This document shows positions 9,856-18,036 of a stretch of DNA of 64,000 nucleotides, one piece after another. Every line of letters starts with the position of its first letter. Position 1 is the stretch's first letter. The stretch comes from Candidatus Nomurabacteria bacterium (GTDB lineage: Bacteria; Patescibacteriota; Minisyncoccia; Phycocordibacterales; UBA9973), in the NCBI GenBank assembly GCA_052035405.1, contig JBPOHQ010000002.1, forward strand, positions 334 to 64,333, read 5' to 3'. The translations under genes and the position numbers were made by a program. The notes under the pieces were generated by a model, which was not told the origin of the DNA, did not search any database, and saw only the letters and a program-made list of their open reading frames with translations.

Positions 9856-11295
9856 ATGCCAAAGAATACATTAGAAGATATGGTGCCAGTAAAGAGAATA
9901 AAGAGAGAGATTCTAAAAGATTCTCCTTTATTAAATAGATCAATAAAAAATAAAGATTTAAACAATGTACCGTCTTCTTTAAACACTTCTTACACAAGCT
10001 CAGTCAATTCAAAGATGAATACTGCTGCTGTTCGACCCCCTCTTCTAAGGCCTAAAGATACAAATATTAATGATATGCCTGTAAACATTCCTTTAACTTC
10101 CAACAGAAGATATACAACATATGGTGAAGATGGTGATTGCGATATAGAAGTAGAGGAGAGGGTTCGGGGAGGCGGAAGCAACCGTTATGGCATGTGGTTC
10201 ATTGCGATCATATCTATACTTTTTTTAGTCTTCTCAATTTCTTTTTTATTTGCAAAGGCTACTATCACAATTCATCCAAAAACTGAAGATTTGGTTTTAA
10301 ATAAAAATTTAACTGCCGTGAAAGACTCTCAAGAAGGACTTTCTTTTGATTTGGTAGCATTATCTGGGGAAGAGGAAAAAATAATAAAGGCTGGAGCAGA
10401 GCAAGATCTTGAAATAAAAGCTTCTGGACGAGTAGTCATTTTTAATGATTTTAGTACTTCTCCTCAGTCATTAAATGTGGATACTAGATTAGAATCATCT
10501 AAAGGTAAGTTGTATAAAACTGACGCAAAAGTAACTGTCCCAGGTAAGTCTAAAGATGGTACTCCAGGATCTATTGAGGTTGGTATTTATGCTGCTGAAG
10601 CAGGAGAAGAGTATAATAGTGGTCCAGAAGATTTTAAGATTTTTGGTTTTAAGGGTACTCCTAAATATGAAAAGTTTTATGCACGATCTAAGGGTAATAT
10701 AGCTGAAGGTTTTAAGGGTAAAGTTCGATCTGTTTCCGCAGAGGATAAATTGACAGTTTTAAATGAGCTCAAAGATTCCTTAAAGATGAAATTATCTGAA
10801 AAAGCTATAAATCAAATACCAGAAGGTTTTATTCTTTTTCCTGATGCGACTTTTTTGACTGTAGATGATGAGATAATTAATACTCATGTTGCAGGAGATA
10901 CTGTCCCGGTTACTCTAAAGGGGACTTTATATGGTTTTTTGTTTAAAGAGGAAGATTTAACTAAAGCCATCACTGCAGTATCGGTACCTGGTTACGATAA
11001 TAGTTCTACTTATATTCCAGATATCAAACAGTTTGTATTTTCTTTAACAAACAAAGTTGATTCAATGAAGGATATCAAGAATCTTAATTTCAATCTCACT
11101 GGTACATCGAAGATTATTTGGGAAGTAGACAAGAATGCTATTGTCAGTGACCTTCTAGGAAAGTCTAAAAAAGAATTTAAGACAATATTGGAAAAATATG
11201 TAAACATTGACGGGGCAGAGTTGGTTCTTCGCCCAGTGTGGAGACGGTCAATTCCTGAAGAAATTAAAAGCATTAACGTGGTTATTGAGGAATAA
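9856..11295 (+). CDS. Bitopic membrane protein with a basic/Ser-rich cytoplasmic N-terminus and a large extracytoplasmic domain. It may be the partner of the upstream actin-like ATPase.
   Basis: Single TM (WFIAIISILFLVFSISFLF) about 115 aa from the N-terminus. A 360 aa C-terminal domain rich in beta-strand-like repeats. Start codon is 14 nt after the upstream stop. Confidence 0.45.
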   Translation: MPKNTLEDMVPVKRIKREILKDSPLLNRSIKNKDLNNVPSSLNTSYTSSVNSKMNTAAVRPPLLRPKDTNINDMPVNIPLTSNRRYTTYGEDGDCDIEVEERVRGGGSNRYGMWFIAIISILFLVFSISFLFAKATITIHPKTEDLVLNKNLTAVKDSQEGLSFDLVALSGEEEKIIKAGAEQDLEIKASGRVVIFNDFSTSPQSLNVDTRLESSKGKLYKTDAKVTVPGKSKDGTPGSIEVGIYAAEAGEEYNSGPEDFKIFGFKGTPKYEKFYARSKGNIAEGFKGKVRSVSAEDKLTVLNELKDSLKMKLSEKAINQIPEGFILFPDATFLTVDDEIINTHVAGDTVPVTLKGTLYGFLFKEEDLTKAITAVSVPGYDNSSTYIPDIKQFVFSLTNKVDSMKDIKNLNFNLTGTSKIIWEVDKNAIVSDLLGKSKKEFKTILEKYVNIDGAELVLRPVWRRSIPEEIKSINVVIEE

Positions 11296-11357
11296 CACCA
11301 TTTCTAATAAGTATATTTGACGTAAGTCGATATTTTTGTTAGGATTACCTAATCTAA

Positions 11358-11579
11358 ATGAGTGATTTAAAAAATGAAAAAATCTTAACGGGAAGAGGGG
11401 TTGTTACAGAAGCCTTACCTTCTACTTTGTTTAGAGTAAAGATGGATGATGACGCAGAAATCTTAGCATATCTCGGAGGTAAAATGAGAATGCATAGAAT
11501 CAAGGTTTTAATAGGAGATTCTGTAGAAGTAGTCCTTGATCCATACGGTGGTAAAGGAAGAATTGTAAAAAGGTTGTAA
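11358..11579 (+). CDS. infA: Translation initiation factor IF-1.
   Basis: 73 aa S1-like protein, GVVTEALPSTLFRVKMDDDAEILAYLGGKMRMHRIKVLIGDSVEV. Confidence 0.9.
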   Translation: MSDLKNEKILTGRGVVTEALPSTLFRVKMDDDAEILAYLGGKMRMHRIKVLIGDSVEVVLDPYGGKGRIVKRL

Positions 11580-11689
11580 TTTTTTTTAAAATAGTGTATT
11601 ATATTCATTGCGTTTAACAGATGATATAAACATTGATAAATAAGGGTATTTCCTTATTTTGTTTTCTTTTAAGCGATAAAATAATTTTT

Positions 11690-11800
11690 ATGAAAATCAG
11701 AGCATCAGTTAAAAAAATTTGCGATAATTGTAAGATGGTAAAACGCCAGAGGCATTTAAGAGTTATTTGTTCTAACCCAAAACATAAACAAAAACAATAA
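11690..11800 (+). CDS. rpmJ: 50S ribosomal protein L36.
   Basis: Not in the ORF track. Manual translation gives [36 protein letters not shown] (C-x2-C…C…H zinc ribbon) between infA and rpsM. Confidence 0.85.
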   Translation: MKIRASVKKICDNCKMVKRQRHLRVICSNPKHKQKQ

Positions 11801-11804
11801 TTAT

Positions 11805-12188
11805 ATGATGAGAATATTAGGAATCACAGTGCCAAATGAAAAGAGATTAGAAATAGGTTTAACTTGCCTGTACGGTATCGGTATTTCAACTGCTCGCAAG
11901 ATATTAAAACAAGTTGACATTCCGTACGGAAAGAAAGCAGCGGATTTAACCCCTGACGAAGAAAATAAAATCCGTGCGATTGTTGAAAGTATCACTATAG
12001 AAGGAAATCTAAAAAGAGAAGTTTCTGCAAACATCAAAAGATTGAAAGATATTAAAAGTTACAGAGGTACACGTCACGCAAAGAGATTGCCAGTTCGTGG
12101 ACAGAGAACTAAGACAAACTCTCGAACGATTCGAGGTAATGTCAGACGTACTATGGCTTCTGGTAAGAGAAAAGAGAGTAAGACATAA
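11805..12188 (+). CDS. rpsM: 30S ribosomal protein S13.
   Basis: MRILGITVPNEKRLEIGLTCLYGIG… and the basic C-tail are canonical S13. Confidence 0.9.
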   Translation: MMRILGITVPNEKRLEIGLTCLYGIGISTARKILKQVDIPYGKKAADLTPDEENKIRAIVESITIEGNLKREVSANIKRLKDIKSYRGTRHAKRLPVRGQRTKTNSRTIRGNVRRTMASGKRKESKT

Positions 12189-12200
12189 TATTTAAATTCT

Positions 12201-12632
12201 ATGGGAAAGACAAAAATCACAACTGAATCAACAAAAGAAGGAGAGGGAGAGGTAAAAGCAGCTCCAGTTAAGTCTTCAAAGAAGAAGGTAACTGCTGGTA
12301 TTTTTAATGTTGAAGCAACTTTCAATAACACAAAGGTTCTTTTTGCAGACAAGATGGGCAATACATTATTCTGGTCAAGTTCAGGATCTCTTGGTTTTAA
12401 GGGTGCAAAAAAAGGAACACCTTTCGTTGCGTCTAAAATTGGAGACCTTATTGGTGGAAAAGCTGCTGCTATCGGAGTAAAAGAAGCTGATGTTGTGGTG
12501 AGAGGAGTTGGTTCTGGAAGAGAGCCTGCAGTCAGAGCATTCATGGCTCATGGAATAGAGATAACTTCTATTAAAGACGCTACTCCAGTCCCTCACAACG
12601 GTCCAAAAGCTAAGAAGCCTCGAAGAGTTTAA
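12201..12632 (+). CDS. rpsK: 30S ribosomal protein S11.
   Basis: GIFNVEATFNNTKV…SSSGSLGFKG…VRGVGSGRE is canonical S11. Confidence 0.9.
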   Translation: MGKTKITTESTKEGEGEVKAAPVKSSKKKVTAGIFNVEATFNNTKVLFADKMGNTLFWSSSGSLGFKGAKKGTPFVASKIGDLIGGKAAAIGVKEADVVVRGVGSGREPAVRAFMAHGIEITSIKDATPVPHNGPKAKKPRRV

Positions 12633-12658
12633 AAAAGTAAAAAAATTTTTATAACAAT

Positions 12659-13255
12659 ATGATATCAAAACCAAAGTTTAAAATTTGCAGAAGATTAGGT
12701 CCAGGAGTATATGACAAATGTCAGACTTCTAAATTTACTCCTTCTACTGGAGCAAGAGGAAATACTCGCCCTAAAGCGTTGTCTGAATACGGTGCACAGC
12801 TTGTGGAGAAGCAAAAGACTAGACTTTCTTATGGTATCACTGAAAGACAACTTTCAAACTATGTTAAAAAAGCTTCCACTGTAAAAGGTGCTGGAACTGT
12901 AGAGAAATTCTATGAACAATTAGAATCTCGTCTTGATAATGTTGTATACAGAATGGGTCTTGGAAGTAGTCGACGTGCAACACGCCAAATGGTTTCTCAC
13001 GGTCACTTCATTGTAAACGACAAGAGAGTTACTATTCCTTCTTACGAAGTAAAGAAAGGAGATGTTATTAAGATCCGAGAAGGTTCAAAAGTAAGTAAGT
13101 TATTTACTGACTTGGAGACAAGATTAAAGGATTATACAAATCCAGCATGGGTATCTTTTGATGCAAAGAAATTAGAAGGTCACGTACTAGACAAACCTAA
13201 GAACACCGAGACATTCCTTGATTTAAACGCTGTGCTCGAATTCTACAGTCGTTAG
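12659..13255 (+). CDS. rpsD: 30S ribosomal protein S4.
   Basis: S4 N-terminal domain plus S4 RNA-binding motif (RLDNVVYRMGLGSSRRATRQMVSHGHFIVN). Confidence 0.9.
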   Translation: MISKPKFKICRRLGPGVYDKCQTSKFTPSTGARGNTRPKALSEYGAQLVEKQKTRLSYGITERQLSNYVKKASTVKGAGTVEKFYEQLESRLDNVVYRMGLGSSRRATRQMVSHGHFIVNDKRVTIPSYEVKKGDVIKIREGSKVSKLFTDLETRLKDYTNPAWVSFDAKKLEGHVLDKPKNTETFLDLNAVLEFYSR

Positions 13256-13308
13256 TTTGCAATTAACTTTGTTTATTTATTATTAAAAGTAAAAATTTTT
13301 ATAAAAAT

Positions 13309-14298
13309 ATGCCTGACTATAAAATAATTATACCTTCCAAACCTCGAGCTGTTTTGGAAGAGGGAAATAAGGGAGTATTTGAAATAGATGGTTTGTATCC
13401 TGGATACGGTCATACACTTGGTAATTCTCTACGAAGAATTATTCTTTCTTCATTGCCTGGTGCTAGTGTTACTTCTATTAAGATAGACGGAGTTACTCAT
13501 GAATTTCAGACTCTTGAAGGCGTAAAAGAAGATGTCATTGTTATGATTTTGAACATTAAAAAGACTCGCTTCAAAATGATAACTGATGAACCTCAAACAG
13601 TGTCTTTGTCTGTTAAAGGACCAAAGGCAGTTACTGCAGGAGATTTCAAAACTTCTGGACAAGTTGAGGTATTAAATCCAGAACTTCACATAGCAGAAGT
13701 TACAGGTAAGATTGATTTACATATTGAACTCAAATTAGAAAAAGGTCTTGGCTTCATCCCTAAGGAAATGATGCAAAAAGAAAAAGTAGAAATCGGCACA
13801 ATCGCTGTTGATGCTATTTTTACCCCTATCCGACGTGTGTCTTACGAAGTTGAAAACATGCGTGTTGGGGATAAGACAAACCACAACCGTCTTCGAATCT
13901 CTATCGAAACAGATGGAACACTTTCTCCACGTGAGGCGCTTTCACAATCAATCGTCATCATGATCAATCAATTGAAAGCTATTGTTGATTTTAAAGAGGT
14001 TGTAGAAGAGGAAGAACTTCCAAAAAAGAAAATAGCTGCTGCTCCTGAAACATCAAAAGAAAAAGATGCTGAAGATAAAGGAGGTGACGACTTCACTGAT
14101 GTGTTGAAGACCCGTATTGATGGACTTGATCTTTCTACTCGAACCCTAAATGCTCTTAATGCTGCAAATATCCGTACACTTGGCGGTCTTGCTCGCAAGA
14201 AGAGAGAAGATTTACTTGAAATAGAAGGAATCGGGGAAAAGGGAATCACTGAAATAAAAAAAGTTTTAGGTAAGTTCGGCCTTAATTTGAAAGAATAA
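13309..14298 (+). CDS. rpoA: DNA-directed RNA polymerase alpha subunit.
   Basis: N-terminal dimerisation domain (GYGHTLGNSLRRILLSS) and alpha-CTD (LDLSTRTLNALNAANIRTLGGL). Confidence 0.9.
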   Translation: MPDYKIIIPSKPRAVLEEGNKGVFEIDGLYPGYGHTLGNSLRRIILSSLPGASVTSIKIDGVTHEFQTLEGVKEDVIVMILNIKKTRFKMITDEPQTVSLSVKGPKAVTAGDFKTSGQVEVLNPELHIAEVTGKIDLHIELKLEKGLGFIPKEMMQKEKVEIGTIAVDAIFTPIRRVSYEVENMRVGDKTNHNRLRISIETDGTLSPREALSQSIVIMINQLKAIVDFKEVVEEEELPKKKIAAAPETSKEKDAEDKGGDDFTDVLKTRIDGLDLSTRTLNALNAANIRTLGGLARKKREDLLEIEGIGEKGITEIKKVLGKFGLNLKE

Positions 14299-14316
14299 GT
14301 TTTAATATATACACCC

Positions 14317-14670
14317 ATGAGACACCACAATAACAAAAGAAAATTCGGAAGAAATAAAAACCAGCTTAACGCATTGTTGAACTCTTTAGCTTTAAACTTA
14401 ATCGGTAAAGAAAAGATTAAGACTACTGAAGCAAAAGCAAAAGAAATCCGACCATTCGTAGAAAAGCTCGTCACTAAGGCAAAGAAAGACACACTTGCAA
14501 ACAGAAGATTAATGCTTTCTAAGCTTTTGGGTCACAACAAAGAAGTTAAGAAACTTTTTGAGGTGTTAGCTCCAAAATACATAGACAGAAAGGGTGGATA
14601 TACAAGAATCTTGAAACTTGGTGCTCGGAAGTCTGATAGTGCTGAGATGGTGTATATAGAATTTGTATAA
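14317..14670 (+). CDS. rplQ: 50S ribosomal protein L17.
   Basis: MRHHNNKRKFGRNKNQLNALL… is canonical L17. Confidence 0.9.
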   Translation: MRHHNNKRKFGRNKNQLNALLNSLALNLIGKEKIKTTEAKAKEIRPFVEKLVTKAKKDTLANRRLMLSKLLGHNKEVKKLFEVLAPKYIDRKGGYTRILKLGARKSDSAEMVYIEFV

Positions 14671-14708
14671 TTAAGGGAAATGATTTAGTATAGAAAAATA
14701 AAAATAAC

Positions 14709-15080
14709 ATGAGCACAACACAAAAAACAATTGAAGAAGAGGTAGTAATAGATGCAAGTGGTAAGACACTCGGCCGAGTAGCAAGTGCAGCCGCTACATC
14801 ACTCATGGGTAAAGACCTTGTTTCTTTTGAGAGAAATGCATACAGTGGCCGTCCAGTGAAGATAGTAAACGCTGGAAAGATCCGCATTACAAAAAAGAAA
14901 CTAGAAGAAATTTTTCATACTCGATATTCTGGATACCCAGGAGGACTGAAGATACTCAAAGGTAGTTATACTGTTGAGAAGAAGGGATACGCAGAATTAA
15001 TAAAGCTTGCTATCTACCACATGCTTCCAGGAAATAAACTACGCAGAGAAATGGTAAAGAACTTGGTTGTCACAGAATAA
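14709..15080 (+). CDS. rplM: 50S ribosomal protein L13.
   Basis: VIDASGKTLGRVAS…GYPGGLK is an L13 signature. Confidence 0.9.
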   Translation: MSTTQKTIEEEVVIDASGKTLGRVASAAATSLMGKDLVSFERNAYSGRPVKIVNAGKIRITKKKLEEIFHTRYSGYPGGLKILKGSYTVEKKGYAELIKLAIYHMLPGNKLRREMVKNLVVTE

Positions 15081-15106
15081 ATTATAAACAAATTTTTAAT
15101 ACTTGA

Positions 15107-15529
15107 ATGGAAAAAAATAAATCAAAAGAAGAATACTTTGAAGGGATAGGAAGAAGAAAGACTTCCACTGCTCGTGTGCGAATCACTCCAGCTACAAAGA
15201 CTACTTTGACTGTAAATGGTAAGGATTCAAAGGAGTACTTTCACACTGAAGATGAGAGACGTCTAGTTCTCGATCCTATCATCAAAGGCCTCTCAGAATC
15301 AAAAGGAACTTCAAAATGGGAGGTGGTTGTGCATGTAAGTGGTGGAGGAGCTCATTCTCAATCAGAAGCTGTCAGGCAAGGACTCGCGAGAGCATTGATT
15401 CTTACAGATGTAGAGCTTCGAACTCCTATGAAGACTCTCGGATTCCTTAAAAGAGATCCAAGAGCAAAAGAAAGAAGAAAATTCGGACTCAAGAAAGCTC
15501 GTAAAGCTCCACAGTGGAGTAAAAGATAG
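15107..15529 (+). CDS. rpsI: 30S ribosomal protein S9.
   Basis: GIGRRKTSTARV…GGGAHSQSEAVRQGLARAL…RDPRAKERRK is canonical S9. Confidence 0.9.
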   Translation: MEKNKSKEEYFEGIGRRKTSTARVRITPATKTTLTVNGKDSKEYFHTEDERRLVLDPIIKGLSESKGTSKWEVVVHVSGGGAHSQSEAVRQGLARALILTDVELRTPMKTLGFLKRDPRAKERRKFGLKKARKAPQWSKR

Positions 15530-15557
15530 TAATAAGATGCTGCATAATATCTATAAA

Positions 15558-15594
15558 GCAAAAAGCACTCCAGTAAAGAGTGCTTTTTGCTTAC
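15558..15594 (+). terminator. Rho-independent terminator closing the ribosomal protein/rpoA operon.
   Basis: Perfect hairpin aaagcaaaaagcactc-cagtaaa-gagtgctttttgcttac followed by a T-rich run. Confidence 0.6.
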
Positions 15595-15667
15595 TTTAAA
15601 TTCAACATAGAAATCTTATTAGAAACTAGTTTACAGAAGGAAAAACCTATACAAAAAATTATAAAGG

Positions 15668-15886
15668 ATGTACAATATGAGTATGGGTTCACAACTTGTC
15701 GCACAAGGTAAAACTAAAAGTAATCTAGATTATCGAATTTATAATATCGATAATGTTTATACTTTGTATGTAAAAATTAGAGAGCAGTTAAACCCAACTA
15801 CCGGTATTCCAGAACCACTTTATTCTGCTTTTAGATCATTTAAAACCCTGCAAGAAGCTAAAGATTATACTACAAAGAATCTATAA
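15668..15886 (+). CDS. Hypothetical small protein.
   Basis: 72 aa ORF with no motif. Confidence 0.3.
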   Translation: MYNMSMGSQLVAQGKTKSNLDYRIYNIDNVYTLYVKIREQLNPTTGIPEPLYSAFRSFKTLQEAKDYTTKNL

Positions 15887-15891
15887 AATAT

Positions 15892-16431
15892 ATGTCTCCT
15901 ACACCTGAACAAATAAGTACTGCAATAACTGCTCTCGATAAAATAACGATAGCGACCCTTGTTGTTCAGACTTTAACTACAGTTGTTTTGGCTGTAATTA
16001 CTTATTTTCAAATGAAATTAGCTGCACTTTCTGTTAAATCTATGGAAAATAGTATAAAGGCAGGATTTTTACCTATACTTATGATAAGCCTAACAAAGTA
16101 TAATTCAACTGAAAAAACTTTAGAAATAGAGTTTTCAAATTGTGGGAAAGGTATTGCATTAAGACCGACAATAGTTTTTCCAGGTCAGGATGATATTGTA
16201 AACACATCTTTAGATGTTGGCGAAAAAGGAAATTCAACAATTAATTACAGCATTGACTTTATTTTAAATAAAGTTGCAGAGGGACAGAGAAAAATAGTAG
16301 TTGAATATTTTGATGTTTTTGGTAGAAAAGTGGTTACTGAAGCTTGTTTACTTGAAATGAACGATTTTGGACCAGATGCAGATAAACGTGGAATAGGGTG
16401 GAAAGTTTGGAATCCAATTATACCAAAATAA
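15892..16431 (+). CDS. Hypothetical N-terminally anchored protein.
   Basis: 179 aa. One N-terminal TM (IATLVVQTLTTVVLAVITYF). Confidence 0.4.
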   Translation: MSPTPEQISTAITALDKITIATLVVQTLTTVVLAVITYFQMKLAALSVKSMENSIKAGFLPILMISLTKYNSTEKTLEIEFSNCGKGIALRPTIVFPGQDDIVNTSLDVGEKGNSTINYSIDFILNKVAEGQRKIVVEYFDVFGRKVVTEACLLEMNDFGPDADKRGIGWKVWNPIIPK

Positions 16432-16639
16432 AATGTGTAATATAAAATATGTTATAATTTCTTCTATTGTAAATTAATAGAAGAGCTAGTTCGAATATCT
16501 AAAATTGAAGTATTACTGAAAAAGTAAAAAAATTATGTGTCTAAGTGTATTTGCTAAGCTCATGGATAATTAAAACTTTACTTTTATACTCACAAAACAC
16601 CCCTTTTTGAAGGGATGTTTTTATGTTAAGATACTACCT

Positions 16640-17236
16640 ATGAACGAGGAAGAAAAAGAAATCAAAACTGAAGAAAGTGTTATCCCAGAAACAGATGAAG
16701 AAGAAATAGTTGAATTTGAATTCAACGAAGACGGGGAAGAAGACCTAAAAAAAACTCTAAAGAAATTAAGAGCTGATTTAAAAATTGCTAAAAAAGAAAA
16801 AGAAGAATACCTGACTGGATGGCAGAAAGAGCGGGCAGACTTCGCGAATTTCAAGAAACAAGAAGAAGACCGAAAGGCGATGTTTTCAGAAGCTATGAGA
16901 GAGAGGATATTGTCTCGTTTTTTGACTGTTATTGATAGTTTCAATATGGCTTTTGCAAACAAAGAAGCTTGGGAGAAAGTAGATCCAAACTGGCGTAAAG
17001 GAGTGGAGTATATCTATTCTCAGATGCAGGGTGTATTTGAAGAATACGGAGTGAAAGCCATCGGTGAAGTAGGGGAAGCTTTTGATCCAAATATTCATGA
17101 ATCTATAGAAATGGTACAAACAGAAGAAAAAGAAAAAGAACACAAGATAGCAGTAGTTATCCAAAAAGGCTACAAGCTGGGAGACCGAGTCCTCCGTCCT
17201 GCACGAGTGAATGTGTTTGAATACAAGCAAAGATAG
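16640..17236 (+). CDS. grpE: Nucleotide exchange factor GrpE.
   Basis: Acidic N-terminus, coiled-coil region and C-terminal GrpE beta-domain (…AIGEVGEAFDPNIHESI…GYKLGDRVLRPARV). The ATG at 16640 is preferred over the track's TTG at 16607. Confidence 0.8.
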   Translation: MNEEEKEIKTEESVIPETDEEEIVEFEFNEDGEEDLKKTLKKLRADLKIAKKEKEEYLTGWQKERADFANFKKQEEDRKAMFSEAMRERILSRFLTVIDSFNMAFANKEAWEKVDPNWRKGVEYIYSQMQGVFEEYGVKAIGEVGEAFDPNIHESIEMVQTEEKEKEHKIAVVIQKGYKLGDRVLRPARVNVFEYKQR

Positions 17237-17782
17237 TTAATTTTTGATTTTCTCTAAGAATATTTTTTGAGTTTCTGGGTCCAATTTATTTGTCACGATG
17301 ATCATGAGTTCAGTAGAGAGACTGAGATCTTTTTTGATATTTGTAAAAAGGTATTCGTATGGATGAGGGGATATCCAGACAGTATTTTTTATACAGATGA
17401 AGTTTGCTTTCTTTAATAAATAACGTAATGCCTCACGCTCTTTTTTCCTATTTTCTGGAAGGTCGAGAATAATTATTCTCCAGTATCCATCCCATGACGT
17501 ATTTACCAAAGTCGTCTCACTGTCGAGTTTGAGGCTGTGTACTTTCTTTTTTCCTTCACGGGTCAAGCGAGTATATTGATTTTGAGGGGAGGAGATGTGT
17601 TCAACGAGGCCGGCTTTATGGAGGCCTTTGAGAGATCGCGTGATAGCGTAGAGAGGATTTTGGGAATCATTATCAGTAGTTACCTTCTCATTGATTTCAG
17701 AGAAGGAAACAGCAGTTTTTTCACCTAGAATTTTAAGGATTTTTTTAGAATAATCTGTTTTTTTATTATCAGTCCTTGACAT
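17237..17782 (-). CDS. Winged-helix transcriptional regulator with a PaaX-like C-terminal domain.
   Basis: N-terminal wHTH (SKKILKILGEKTAVSFSEINEKV). C-terminal WDGYWRIIILDLPENRKKEREALRYLLKKANFICIKNTVWISP matches the PaaX-type WDGxW…D.PE…R…L…GF…QnSVW pattern. Convergent with grpE and divergent from dnaK. Confidence 0.5.
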   Translation of the reverse strand: MSRTDNKKTDYSKKILKILGEKTAVSFSEINEKVTTDNDSQNPLYAITRSLKGLHKAGLVEHISSPQNQYTRLTREGKKKVHSLKLDSETTLVNTSWDGYWRIIILDLPENRKKEREALRYLLKKANFICIKNTVWISPHPYEYLFTNIKKDLSLSTELMIIVTNKLDPETQKIFLEKIKN

Positions 17783-17812
17783 GAGTTTATAGTATCATGT
17801 ATATTACAAAAA

Positions 17813-17842
17813 ACAAGTATTTCGCGAGCACGAAATACTTGT
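17813..17842. promoter_or_regulatory. Perfect inverted repeat (candidate operator) in the regulator/dnaK divergent region.
   Basis: ACAAGTATTTCG-CGAGCA-CGAAATACTTGT, 12-bp arms with a 6-bp spacer. Overlaps the -35 of the downstream promoter. Confidence 0.45.
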
Positions 17843-17867
17843 CAAAAAATAAAGTTTTGTTTATAAT
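17839..17867 (+). promoter_or_regulatory. Sigma-70-like promoter upstream of dnaK.
   Basis: TTGTCA-N17-TATAAT, 170 nt upstream of the dnaK ATG. Confidence 0.45.
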
Positions 17868-18036
17868 AGGTATGTTCTATAAAAATTAGATCTTCTCAAA
17901 AAGCACACATAATTTTCTGGTGAAAATTTGCTCTGCTCGGCCCGTCGGCCTGTGCAAGGCTTTTCTTAAAGACTAATTTTTATTTCACAAATTTAAAATT
18001 ATTAAATAATTACAAGTTAATTTATATAAAAAATAT

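Noticed and set aside
12074-12544. 156 aa minus-strand ORF overlapping rpsM/rpsK (also 13968-14492 over rpoA, 18382-18906 over dnaK, 22388-22765 and 22871-23239 over the ATPase, 16621-17230 over grpE).
   Set aside because: These are antisense shadow ORFs inside strongly supported genes. They are low-complexity or Ser/Phe-rich and carry no motifs.
17813-17842. Considered CIRCE (HrcA) or HAIR (HspR) identity for the dnaK-upstream palindrome.
   Set aside because: The sequence does not match TTAGCACTC-N9-GAGTGCTAA or CTTGAGT-N7-ACTCAAG. It is left as a novel candidate operator.
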